Shown here: positions 41,801 through 54,057 of the stretch, piece after piece | Layout of the letters: the number at the start of each line of letters is the position of its first letter | Position numbering within the stretch: the first letter of the stretch is position 1 | The notes under the pieces: generated by a model | Database searches by the model: none | What the model saw: only the letters and a program-made list of their open reading frames with translations | Told to the model about the DNA's origin: nothing | Origin: Fonticula alba ATCC 38817 | Lineage: Eukaryota; Protista; Nucleariida | Reading direction: 5' to 3' (one strand) | Assembly (NCBI GenBank): GCA_000388065.2 | Contig: KB932205.1 | DNA length: 62,833 nucleotides | Made by a program: the position numbers and the translations under genes

Positions 41801-42024
41801 GGGACCCGGCGCGCGGTGCTGCTCGGGGCCGGCGTGTCCGAGGGGTCCATGCTGGCCGGGGTGACGGCCTGCTGCACGGCTAGCACATAGTCGGAGGCCT
41901 TGTACTTCGGGTCCAGCTGCTGGAACTTCGGCTGGAGGTTGTCGATGATCCAGCCGAGCTCCATCATATTCTGGTCCAGGGAGTACTGGATGCGCTCATC
42001 GCCGGAGCGGACATTGATCAGCAT
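38864..42024 (-). CDS. ELMO: ELMO/CED-12 family protein (RBD-ARM-ELM-PH-PxxP), multi-exon
   Basis: ELM-like QQLGFATDDLPSELQPVGLLGLQCMVHF; PH domain VRNQRLQCMMNGSWF...FRFFRLSPNRRFLHYEDF...FSEWTDGFRILLG; LLDYELQLRLLE...PLRPPPPP. Confidence 0.88.
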
Positions 42025-43816
42025 GGTGGCTGAGAGGGCGCGAGAGGGGGGAGGGGGAGAGAGAGAGGGGGGGGGCGCAAGAGAAAGAGAGAAATGGGGA
42101 AAGGGGAAAAGGGAGGGAGAAGAGTGCGAGAGGGGGAGGGGAGGGAGGGGGCGCGAGGGCCGGGGAAGAGGGAGGAGGGGAGAAAAGGTGTGTCCTGTGC
42201 CCTGGCGGCCGGGTGTCAGGGGGTGCCCCTCTTTTTTTGGCCGCCCTGGGAACCGGGAGCGGGGGGGGGGGAGGGGGAGGGGGAGCGGCAGGTCAAGGAG
42301 GTAGGCCCGAACGTGCGTATAAACGCGCGGGCGGGCGGGCGGGATATGCTTTGCTGGCTCAGTTCTGTTTGCTGTTCCGGACTTCGGCTGGCATGCCCTC
42401 CTCCTCCGATGAGCAGGAGCCGTGGCAGGGGCCGTAAACCCGAGGGGGAGAGAGAGAGAGACCGGGAAGGGAGGCCAAACGAAAAAGCGAAAGAGCGGAC
42501 GGCGGCACAGTCACACAAACACCTCTGCCCGCATCCCCCAAGGGGGGCGCATGGAAAAAATAACAACCGCCCGTGGAAAATGCCCCGTTCCACCCCGCCC
42601 TGCCCGGAGAACGAGCGAGCCCTCGACGCATGCGCGCATACCCAGGCCCGGATCGCCCCCTGAATCTGGGCCGGCTCAAAATGCGGGGCACGCGCATGCG
42701 CGCACTGGGCCAGGCCAAGCCACCCCCCGCCCCCCCCCCCTGCCTCCCCCTCGCACATTGGCGGAACGCCCGCCGAACAGGTCGCTGGAAGGGTGAGAAA
42801 CCGAAGGACTGCTCGGCAATGACTCGCTCGCCGGTGTCCCTGCGCTCCCCCCCCCCCCTCTCGGTCCGGGAATTGCTCCCTCGGCGGGCCGATGGTGCTC
42901 CCCACGGACCGGCGAACGGGGCAGCCGGCGACAACAGCGGCAGCGCCCGAACCCCGGAAAAAGGGCGGGTCAGATTGCCGGAAGGATCCCCCCCCCCCTC
43001 CCACCAGCACCCCTGGAAGGGCGGTCCCAGCGGCCAGCGGCCAGACGACTCCCTCCCCTGGATTCGAGGAAGGGGTGGGGGCCTCTGGCGCATCCCGCAC
43101 TCGCCCCCCCCCCCCCCCTCTCGGTCCCAATAAACGTGGGATAACATAACACTCCTCGACACGCCGCCCACATCATCTCGGGCGACCGCCAGACAGGGGA
43201 ACCGGCTGGGACAGAGAGCATTGCCAGCCGATTGGTGGAATGCGTCCACGCCCCTACACGACCCTTCTGTCCCCCGTGGAGGCACAAGTTCGGGAATTGT
43301 TGCCCCCCCCCGTTCCCCGGTGCGCAAGTAAGACCAAGTTCACTCTGGGGTTGATCCTAGGGTCCGCCAAGGCGTTCACATGGTCTCCTCACGGGATCAC
43401 ATCCGGAGGCGGCACCCCGACCTTCGGGTGTCCGCGCGGGGGCGACGGATCGCCTCGGGACAACACAGCACCGACAAGAAGGATGGGGAAAATAGCGGCT
43501 CAGGCCCGGCGGATGAGCCGCCCCCTGCCCCCTGCCCCCCCCCCTCCCCCCCCCCGGAGCCGCCCGCCACCTGTGCCAGCCTGCCATGTCCGGGCCTAGC
43601 CAGGAGCACGGGCGAGTCCCGGGGCCTGGTGGTCGGCGGGGAGGGCTGGGCGGAAGATTATTCAGTGGCCCTGTTGCCGACGCTGCCCGGGACGCTGCGC
43701 CCGGCTCAGACCTGCACCCCTCCCTCTCCTCCTTCCCCGCTCGCGCGCGCCTGTACAGGCACACATCCACGCACCCGCCGTCCCCTCTCCCTCCCTCCCT
43801 CCCTCTCCAGTCAACC

Positions 43817-44787
43817 ATGAGCTCGGACCATGATCGTTACCACCACCGCCGGACGCTGACCCTGGAGCAGCGCGCGGCACGGTGTCCCAATCCCGCTGGC
43901 CGGCGGCTGCTAGAGATCATCTCCCGCAAGCGCACGAACTTGTGCATCTCGCTGGACATGACCGATTCGGCGGAGATCTTGTCCACCGCTCGCCTGGTGG
44001 CCCCGTATGTGTGCCTGTTCAAGACCCATGTGGACATTGTGGCCGACTTCAGCCAGGACTTTGTCGCCGAGTTGACCGCCATCGCCGAGGAGCACGATGT
44101 GCTGATCTTCGAGGATCGGAAATTCGCCGACATCGGCAACACCGCCCGCCTGCAATACGAGGCCGGCATGTACCGCATCGCCGAGTGGTCGCACTTCACC
44201 AACGCCCATGTTGTCAGCGGTCCTGGGGTGGTGGACGGTCTGCGCGGGGCGGCCGAGCGCCTTGGCCGGGGCCTGCTCCTGCTGGCGGAGATGAGCAGCG
44301 CGTACGTGCACCTTGAGGGTGTTTCCTCCGTGCCTCTGTGGCCCGGGACATGCCGTCACACGCGCGCACTCACTCACATACATGCTCTGTGTACATTGTC
44401 CAACGGGAATGCACCTCGAACAGTGGCTCCCTCGTCACGGGTCCCGTCACCGAGCTGGCCGTGGAGCTGGCCGCGCGTGAGCCGGCCCTCATTACCGGGC
44501 TGATTGCCGGGGGGGCTTTGCTGCCGGATACGGCCGACGTGATCACCATGTCGCCCGGGGTGTCGCTCGCCGGCGAGGACAGCCCCACCGCCCGGCCGGC
44601 CGCCGGCGACAGCTTCGGCCAGCAGTATGTCACCCCTCGCCGGGCCATCATGGACCGTGGGACCGATGTGGTGATTGTCGGCCGGGCCATCATCGGCGCG
44701 GCGGATCCCGTTGCCGCGGCCAAGCTCCATCAGACCGCCGCGTGGCAGGCGTACGAACAGAGTGTCGCGCACCTCCAGCAGGCGTGA
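43817..44787 (+). CDS. URA3: Orotidine-5'-phosphate decarboxylase (monofunctional, fungal-type), 2 exons
   Basis: TNLCISLD, CLFKTHVD, IFEDRKFADIGNT, LLLLAEMSS|AGSL, SPGV, GQQY, VIVGRA; intron 44302-44423 (GTACGT...CAG). Confidence 0.95.
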
Positions 44788-45175
44788 GCGCGCATCGCGT
44801 GGCGCCCCGCCAGGCGGAGGCCCGAGGCGTGGACCCGCACCCGAGACGCCGGATATGTGCGCATCTTTGCATGTGCCCCACGGAAAGAAGCTCAACACGA
44901 ATTCCCACCGAGTAAATACCAGGGAGGGGGGTGTCCGTCGGGCCTTCGCTCGGGGCTTCTGCAAACGAGGGAGAGCAGCTAGGCAAGGGGGAAGGCGGGG
45001 GGGGGGGGTATATTTGCAGAAGAAGGGGGGAGGCGAGACACGCGCAAAAGGAGGATACACGCATACACCCGTCTCGTGTGTCTTAATATCACAAGGAGAA
45101 AGGGGGACAGGGAGAGAGGGGGGGGGGGGCTGTTGTGCCGGCATACGCATCCCTTCGGCATGGAGGCCCCTCCTC

Positions 45176-48001
45176 TTACAGGAGCGAGCTGAAGGGATCG
45201 TTGTTGGCCGGCGCCGAGGACTGGGGGCGCGGCTGGCCGACGCCCTGCTGCTGGTAGTGAGAGGCGGCACCATACTGCGGCGGATAGCCACCCAGCTGGC
45301 CAGGCCCCATGGAGGACCCCTGAGCCATGCCGGGCTGCGGCAGGAAGGAGGCTGGCTGGGAGGAGTTCGGCGAATTCGGCGGGTAGAATCCCGCCCCCCC
45401 GGGGGTGGGGTTCATCATCTGGTGTTGCTGCTGCGCGCGAAGGGTGTTCATCGACACCGGTGGCGACTTGGGGCCAGACCGGTCGAAGGTGGGGGCTTCG
45501 GCGGGCTTCTGCTTGCGGTTGAGAGGTCGGGGAGGGTCAGAGCCGATGGCCTGCGATTGATGCGCCGGGAGGGCGGGCGCCATCCGGGCAGATGCGTCCA
45601 CTCCCGGCGCGAGGGGTCTTGAGGGGTGTGGAAGCAAGAGAAAGAAAGAGGGCGGAAAGGCAGAGGAGAGGAAAAAGAAGAAGAAGAAGAAGAAGAAGAA
45701 GAAGAGGACCGGGCAAATGGACAAACAAACAAACAAACGAGCAACCAAAGTAGAGAGGCGGCAAACATACTGATGAGAAAACGGGCCCGATGCTGGCGAA
45801 CGGATCGTTCGACCGGCTAGGCCCGGAGCTGGCCTTTGGCGACGCGGGGGTGCCGCCGCTGCTGGACACCGGCGTCGCCTGCATCACCTCACCGGTGTAC
45901 AGCGACGCGAAGGGATCGTTATGTCCGTAGGATGGCGGCTGCGAGGAAGTAGAAGCCGTGGCGAAGGGGTCCACCGAGGCCGGGGGGGCCGTCTGCTGCC
46001 GAGGCTGCTGGTAGGCCGGCACCGAGTGATCGGTCGCCTGCCGGGCGAACGGGTCGATCTGGGGACTGAAGTGGACGAAACCCAGTCGAGGAAAGCGGAG
46101 GGGATGATGAGTGACCAGTCAACAAGGAGGAAGACATGGGGGTAGGAAGAAAGAGAGAGAGAGAGAGAGAAGGAGAGGGGGATAGGGGACGCACGCATTA
46201 CGCGCCACCTGGGCCAGAGCAGCGGCTGCGGTGTTGGCGCTGGCACGCTCGTGCGGTGCCAGCTGACGAGCGCCCGAGCCAACCGGCGAAAAGGACATCG
46301 AGAAGGGATCGGAAGCCTGCTGCTGCTGCTGCTGCAGGGCTTGCTGGTACTGCGGGTGCTGCTGGTAGTTGGCCGCCGTGACGGCGCCCGGCGCGGCGAA
46401 GGGATCCGACACCGAGGCCCCGGAGCCGGCACTCGGCGCGGCAAACGGATCACCAAAGGGATCCGACAGGCCGGCCACACCACCAACCGGAGCCACCGGA
46501 GTGAAGGGGTCTGCCGAGAGCGGGGTGAAGGGGTCATTGGCCGAGGGGGCAAACGGATCAACCGGGACCGGCGGCGGCGGCCCGGCCGGCGCACCGCTGA
46601 ACGGGTCCGACAACGAGGACACCGGCGACCCGGTGACGCTGTTGGCCCGGGACCGACGACGTGCCGAGGCCGACGGCGGCTGCAAGCCAGACCCGCCGGC
46701 GGAGGCCATTTGCGTGACCAGAGTCGGGGCCGGGGTCGGGTCGGCGGCCACCGCCCCGTGGTAGTGCTGGTGAAGCTGCTGCCGGGTGCGCTGCTGCTCC
46801 GAGGAGAAAACCGGCGTGGCGGATTCCTGACCCAGGCTGGCCGCACTGGCAGATGGCTGCACCACGCCGGTGAACATGTCCTTGCGGCTCTCGCTGATGG
46901 CACGCTGGACATCATGCTCCTCCTTGGCACGGTTGCGCTGCTCCTGCTCGTAGGACTCACGACTGGCCTCGAGGGCCATCTGCAGGTCGCGGTCGTTGTT
47001 GTAGAAGTAGGCCGACTCGCTGACATTGGCCGGACGCTCGTAGGACACGGCTCCGGTGTTGCCCTGAGACGACATGGACTAGCCGGCGGAAAGGCAGGGG
47101 GGGGGCGGGGGGGGGGGGGAGAGGCGCCTGGATGAGTGGGGGGGGGGGGGGGGCGGGGGCGAAAGCAGGGGTTCCTGGGGGGGGGGGGGGGGGGGGAGCG
47201 GGGACATACGCGGGCATGGCTGCTGGTGTTGGAGGCGGTACGCTTGTTGACCTCGCGCAAGCGAGCACGCTCCTCGTTCAGGATCTTCGGGTCGTCATTC
47301 AGCAGGGCGGCCAGCTCCATGGACTTCTTGCGGATGTAGCTGCCGCGGTCGCGGCCATTCTCCATGTACTGGAACTGGATGGGGAGGGGGCATGTTGTGA
47401 GTCATCAATTCCGGAGGGAGGGGGGGGGGGGGGGCACAACTGGCGAAGAGCGCAGGGGGACATCCCCAGGGCCCAAACACACCTCACGCAGGGTTGTCAG
47501 CTGGTGGATCTCAGACTTAGTCCACTCGATGGTGGCCGGGTGGCCGTTCTTCAGGAGGAACTCCAGCAGCGAAAGGGCCTTGGTAACATGGCGCCATTTC
47601 TGGGGGGGGGNNNNNNNNNNNNNNNNNNNNNNNNNNNNNNNNNNNNNNNNNNNNNNNNGGGGACAATCGAGCGAGGATGCCGGGGCAGAATTCCGACCAG
47701 CTACGCGGGCCGAGGAGGACACATGAACCGGCCGGCTCGGGGCGCCTGGCCCTCTTGACGGCGGGGGGGGGGGAAATAGGGCACGTACGCGGCCGTGATC
47801 GTTCAGCCGCTTGAAAGTCATCTTCATGATTTCGGTGCGCTGCTGGCGGTCATGCGTCATGCTGGCAATGTGCTGGTACAGGGGCAGCGGACAGCCCCAC
47901 GGGTCATTGGAGGTGGCCTCACGGACGGCGGCCTCCGCGTCGGAGTAGCCCTTCAGAACATTCTTCGTCTTACGACGGGCACTGCGGAGGTGATGGTCCA
48001 T
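45176..48001 (-). CDS. Epsin (ENTH, two UIM-like motifs, DPF-rich tail), multi-exon
   Basis: RRKTKNVLKGYSDAEAAVREATSNDPWG; KRLNDHGR|KWRHVTKALSLLEFLLKNG; FQYMENGRDRGSYIRKKS; DRDLQMALEASRE and HDVQRAISESRK; 13 DPF motifs counted; ends NNDPFSSLL*. Confidence 0.93.
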
Positions 48002-48464
48002 CGGGGAGGGGCGCGGCGCGACGGGCGCTATGCGTGTGCGTGTGCGAACGCGGAGGGGAAAAGGGGGGGAAAGGGGTGGGGGAGGGGTGGGGGAGGGGGG
48101 TGGGGAGGGGGGGGTGGGTTGGGGGGGGTTGGATGAGGCAAGGAGGGTTGGGTGGGGGGGGGGGGGGGGGGGGGGGGCCCGGGGGGGGGGCCCCCCCCCC
48201 GGCGGGCCCTGGGCCGGCCGATCCCCCCCCCCCCCCCCCCCCCGGGCGTGCTTCCCCCAACGCAATTCGAAAAGCCTCCGCCCGCACTTGTGAAGGCTCT
48301 CCCTCTCCCCCTCAAGATGCAGGTGGAGAGCCGGGCTCGCCCCCGACGGTCTGGGCAGCCCCCTGGTGGGCCTGACAGTCGTCCCGTGCGACGGGTGACT
48401 GGAGAGGGCGCATCTGCGGGATGAGCATGCGCATGAGGGAGTGCCACCGCGAAGGCATACTGTC

Positions 48465-48496
<32 letters not shown>

Positions 48497-48913
48497 CTTC
48501 CTCCCCTCCGCCCCCCCCTCCCTCCCCCCCCCCCGCCCTACCGAGACTGCCGCTGGGGCCCGCGGNNNNNNNNNNNNNNNNNNNNNNNNNNNNNNNNNNN
48601 NNNNNNNNNNNNNNNNNNNNNNNNNNNNNNNNNNNNNNNNNNNNNNNNNNNNNNNNNNNNNNNCCGAGATAATCGCCGGGATGTGGACGCGCGCCCGGGG
48701 CCCGGAACGCACCGCGCGACTGGCTCGGCCCAGGGGGAGATAGTGTGCCCCCCCCCCCACCCCCCCGGAAGTGTCCATAAGAAAGGTCTGGGCGGGGCGG
48801 GGCGGGGCAAGCAGTCCGCCCCTGTACTGTGTCTAGCAGCGCCGATCGCCAGCTCGGCCGGATGCACCGATCCTCGGGACCATACCCCTGCCCAACCTTC
48901 CCCCCGGGGTGGG

Positions 48914-48957
48914 GGGCCGGGCCGGGCCGGGCCGGGCCGGGCCGGGCCGGGCCGGGC
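48914..48957. repeat. (GGGCC)n pentanucleotide microsatellite, about 8 copies
   Basis: gggccgggccgggcc... run. Confidence 0.9.
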
Positions 48958-49590
48958 GCGCCGATATCTTTCCGGTCCAGTGTGATACCCCCGACGGCGG
49001 GCGCCTGGTACCCGCCAACTGCGTGGTGGTCCCTGCGCATGCGCGCTCCCCTGGGGCCCGGGCCTCGAGCCTGCTGCACTCCACCGTGCCGCAGCCCCAG
49101 CCACCCGGCCCCGCGCAAGGAACAGCGGGGGGGAAATGGACGCGGGGCCATGAATGGCCCCGGCCCCCGGGCTGGGAATTTATCCACCCCACACATTCCA
49201 TTCTCGCCAGGGCTCGAGCCCGGAGAGGCGCGCCTTGGTGCGCGGGCAGATCCCCGTGTCCCCCCCTCCCCCGGGCGGTCCGGCCCAGGGAAAAGAACCC
49301 GTCCCCCCTGCCCCCGCCGTGGTCAGGGCCTTTCCGCGCTCGAGGCAGGGCCCGGCATCTGGGGGCCCCGGCGGGGCTGGCAAGCAAACGAGAGAGGGGC
49401 CCACGCCCGCTACCATCCAAGTGCCAACCCATCCTGCATGTGATCCTGCCACACGTGCGCTCTCGGGCTTTACCCACAACACGGGCGGCATACCCGAGGG
49501 CCCGGGCGCCGAGGACAGATCGTCCCCCGGTGGCAGGTGCGTGAGAGTGTCGGGCGCAAGTCCGTGTCGAAGCCACAGGGAGAGCGGCAT

Positions 49591-49591
<1 letters not shown>

Positions 49592-49654
<63 letters not shown>
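49592..49654. repeat. Poly-G homopolymer, about 63 nt
   Basis: Uninterrupted G run; length unreliable in a short-read assembly. Confidence 0.8.
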
Positions 49655-49655
<1 letters not shown>

Positions 49656-49962
49656 GACGCTCGGAACTTGTCGGCATTCGGCCTGCCCACTTTCAAGGGG
49701 GATGTGTGCGCTCGCGCGTGGGTGTGCTCGTGTGTTAACCTGCACACGACCATCTTGTTGCACCGGGCGGAAGGGCAGGCGCGAATGGAGCAGGAGGCAG
49801 CGCCCAGACCCGCCTCGGGCCTCGGGGCTCCTCAACGACTTTCCTCCGATTCCTCGTCCGTGCACCTCTCCAGACCTTCCTTGCCCTGACCTGGCCTTTG
49901 GCACCGCGCACTTTCCTCCTCGCCAACACCACGACCATTTCCGACCCCGAGGGACCCCCGGC

Positions 49963-52900
49963 ATGAAGAAGTCCCGGCAGCCCGGCGGGGTTCTCCCGTT
50001 GCATGCGGCTCCCGGGGGTCTGACGCCCGACCGCTCAAGATCCACCCGCGGCCGACTGGCGCGCCTCCTGCTCTTGGCGGTCATGGTCTTGATACTCTGG
50101 GCCAACCTGCCGGCCATTTCGCTGCCTCCAATGAACCTTCGATCCAGGTGCGAATGCCATGTTTGCCCAGCGCCATCGTCCGCCCGGTCACTAAACTACC
50201 CGTCACCGTGGCTCCGCGTCCCGGACGCCTGCTGGGCAGACTCGGTGGGCAAGAGCCCGGCGCACAATCTGGTGGCACTCACAGTGGCGCCCACCATTTG
50301 ACAGTCTTCACCTTGCTGAAGGTGCGCCCTGCGGCGCACGGGGGGCGGGGGAGGGGGGGCATAGGCCGGGAGGTCGGCAGTATGCCGCGGGGAGAAGGCT
50401 TGCTCACACATGCCACCGGGCACCGGGCCCGGCCATGGCTGGCCCATCTTGCCGCCCACTTGCAGGACATCCACGATACAGTGGAGACAACGTGCCTCGA
50501 CGAGCCGCTCGGGTCGGGTCGGCGGCGGCGGTGCCGTCGCCTCCCCCCGACCAGGGGGTTTCAATGTCGGCGCGACAACTTTGAAACTTGGATCCGGTGT
50601 CTGAGCACATACAACGCAGTGAGCAGGTGCGCGCCCGGAGTGCATCTAACCCATCGAAGAGGAGGATAGTGTCTCCGGGCTGCATGTCGCCCTGCCGCTC
50701 TCCCCTCCTCCCGCCCGCCTCGCCCCCGCCTGTGTCTTCTTTCCCCGCGCAAGGAACTGACCATGTGAAGGGCAACAGCCTCCTTGCCATGGGGCCCGAC
50801 ACCCGACTTCTGATATACGGGAGCCGACGCTCGTGCGACACCCTGATGGCTGATGTGCTGCTCCCGGCCCTGACCCCGGCCCGGGACTACACCGTGGAGG
50901 ATGCTCCGGCTCGGTGGCGCCGCGCCCCTCGTCAGACGCCTCCGGCCTATTGGTGGCGGCTGACCCGCCGGGACGGATATTCCCCGCGGGACGAATGGGA
51001 TGAGGACCTCGCGCAGGGGCACACGGATTCGACGGCCGGCCCTGGCCCGCGCTCACTTCGATCCTTGAAGGGCATGGCCCCGGTCGAGGAGGCGGGTGCC
51101 GCCGCCGCCGCCGCCGCCGCGAGCCCCCTGACCATTGGCTTGGTCGAGTGCCGGCCCATCCCGTGTGAGGGGCATCTGGCGGCGCCGCGTTTGGATTGTC
51201 TGTTCGCCGATGCCTCGGCCGCGGCCACCAGCCCCGGTGGCCAACCCACGGCGCTTTACCTGTTCGCCAATGGAGACATCGGCTTCACACAATCCGGCCG
51301 TGCGGTCGGGCGCATTGCCCGGTGGGTGGCTCGGCGCCTGCCCGGGCGCGCGTTCTTCGGGGTGCGTCGCAAGGGGGCCTTCTGGTATTTTGCCCCCTTT
51401 CCCCGGGGCCCGGAGGAAGGGACACATGCGGCCTCCGGGGGGCCGGGCTGCCGGGTTGCCCGCCGCAAGCACTGACCATTCCCCGGCTCCAGGTGGGGCA
51501 GCGCGTGAACTTGGACCTGCCCCACTTGTTGGATGGCATGCCATCTGCCGGGCCAGGCCGCGACCGGGACACCTGCTCAGCCGGCAGCCCGGGCGAGCTT
51601 CTGCACCCGGCGCAGTGCGCCCTGCGGGGACTGGTTGCCAGCAGCCGGGCGGCCCTGCATGGCGACTCGGCCATCGACTACTTCTTGGCATCGCATCCGG
51701 TGGTACGCATGCCGGCATGCCCTGCCCGGGGCTGCCCCCATCACCCGGCACCCGGGCGACCCTTGCCCGGTCACACCTCCCTTCCTTGGAATTGCCCGCC
51801 CTGGGGAATGCCCCCGCGTCCACTAACCCAAGCTGTGGCGCCGCGGTCCGAGCAGATGGAAAAGATCGCCCAAGTTATGCCACCCTTCGTGGCCGGGCGC
51901 GTTCGATGGGACACCTGGCTACTGGCCTGGGCCGGGCGCCTGGCTGTCCGGGCGTCCGGGCCGGACGCCGAGCCGGTCCCAGTGGTCACTGTCGACCTGA
52001 CGGCCGCCCTGAATGCGGTGCACTTCTCGCACGGGGTGCGCGGGGAATCGACCCGGCGGTATGTCGATCCGGCCCAGGGGGGAGGGAGAGCTGCCTGCCC
52101 CGTGCAGCCATGCCGCTGAGGGCCTCGCCCCGAAGGAGGGATTGCCGACTGACAGGAAGCCCATGCGAACACCAGCGAGGGGAATGACTTCAACCTGGCC
52201 CTGGCCCTGGGCCCGCCGATGGAGGACGGGCTGTTGCGGGCGGGCCCGGCCACGGCGGTCGCCGCCCTGGGCCTCACATCGAGGACTACCTTCGTTGTGC
52301 AGCCACTGGCGTGGACCCTCCCCCAGGGCCGGGGGATGTGGCGGCCCCCGATGGTGGGACTGCTCCCGCCTGGTCGGGTGCGCGCGGCCGCCCCCTCCAC
52401 CGAGGATGGGGTGTCGCTGGTCGGACGGCACACCCTCTCCGCCGGGCAGCCACAAATCCGCGGCACCACCATGTGCACGCTGTCCGGCGGGGGCTTCGGT
52501 CCGGAGTGCACCCTGGCAGAGCGGAATTCCCGGCACTTTGATGGCAGCATCTTTCTGGTGCGCTCATCCGACACACTTCGTCAGCAGCAGCAGCAGCCAA
52601 TGGACCCTTTGCTCTGTGGCCCCTATCGGGAGGGGCGACCGGCGCGCGATGACCTCGCCCTCCTCCCCCTCCCTTTGCATCCTTCTTTTCGGGCCGATGA
52701 ACTTACCCCTTCGCCTCGGACGCCTCTGATGCCCGACTGTGACCGGTGGCCGGTGCTCTGGGGGGGGGGGCCGGTGTCCAGGCCGGCCATCGGGGGTTTG
52801 TGGTTGTCGCGTACCCGGCTGTGCCGGAACCGGCCGAAGCGGCCAAGTCCGCGGTGTATCTAGCCGCCGGGGCTCCCCCGGCCGAGCAGGCCCGCCTGGC

Positions 52901-53569
52901 AGGCCGGCGCATGGGCGTGCCCGAGGTGCTGTTGGCCGATTTGCCGGGAAACGGCTGGCCCCTGGTAGGCATGGCCGCTGACCCGCACGGCACAGAGCAG
53001 TCCCCGATGTGGCTACTGCTGGCCCCTCCGCGGGGCTCTGCCGGCTTGTACATTGACCCGCTGGCTCGTGTGTCCTTCGGCGTGGCGGAGCCCTTCCTCC
53101 GGGGACTGGACACTGGCGAAGTGAAGTGTGCGTGTGACCAGGACAGCCAGGGCGTCGGAGGAGGCTGCGAAGGAGGCGAGGCGGCCGAGATAGTGCCCGG
53201 TCCACATGTGCCACTTTTGTCCCTTCCATTGTTTCTGCGATCGCTGGTCCCGCTGTTCCAGCTGCTGATGCTGCTGCCCAGGCTTGTGTCTCACGCGACG
53301 TCCTTCACGCAACCCCCGAGGCAGATGATGACCGGGTGGCCAGACTCCTGCGAGCGGCGGTCCAGCTGGCCACATTGGACACGGTCATGCGGGCGCTCAA
53401 CCGCGAGCACAGCGTTCTGGTCGTGCCTCAGAACGCCCTGGCCACGCGGCTGCTTACGGGTGGTGTCTTCCCCGGGCTGGACCCGGAGGCCGATGCCACG
53501 GTACATGCACATCCCCCTCCCTGGCAACGCCATGCCCACGAATGGACCGACCATGGCTGACATGGAAAC

Positions 53570-53601
<32 letters not shown>

Positions 53602-53916
53602 TCTCATACGCGATTGCCCGCCGACCAGGTGGCCCTGGATCACACCGGCACACTGGACGCCTGGGTGTATGCCATCCGGTCAGGGCACACCGGGCGATCA
53701 ATCCTGCGGGCTCTGGAGAAGGAGCTCCGCACGCGCTTCACGCAGGAGTACCACCAGATGCTATTCGACTTGTCGGCCGCGGCGGAGGGGCCGGGGCCGG
53801 GGCCTGGGCGCTCCGCCTCAAGCCCCCCCGGCGGCGATCTCCTGACTGGCGCCTGGAATAAGCTCATCGGCAATGGGAAGTTCCGCATTGGCGGCATGAC
53901 CGGGTACGAGCGATGA
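49963..53916 (+). CDS. Type II membrane protein with a putative GT-A glycosyltransferase-like domain and a degenerate nucleotide-diphospho-sugar transferase (GT77-like) domain, multi-exon
   Basis: Short basic N-tail plus TM segment LARLLLLAVMVLILWANLPAISL; LTVFTLLK, LYLFANGDIGF, SAIDYFLAS, MPPFVAGRVRWDTWLL, VDLTAALNAVHFSH; later ATLDTVMRALNREHSVLVV...TLDAWVYAIRSG. Family assignment is from remembered motifs; exon structure incomplete. Confidence 0.55.
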
Positions 53917-53979
53917 AGATCGGTGCTTTACTTGGGGGATCTCCCCCATTTGGACCTTTCTGTCGATTGGCCCTCGCCC

Positions 53980-53980
<1 letters not shown>

Positions 53981-54025
<45 letters not shown>
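53981..54025. repeat. (CTG)15 trinucleotide repeat, probably intronic
   Basis: 15 perfect CTG units upstream of a GCTAAC...CAG acceptor at 54057. Confidence 0.9.
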
Positions 54026-54027
<2 letters not shown>

Positions 54028-54057
54028 GCTACTTATGCTGTTTTTGTTGCTAACCAG

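Noticed and set aside
43240-43816. OPRTase half of a bifunctional UMPS
   Set aside because: No PRPP-binding or OPRTase motifs in any frame
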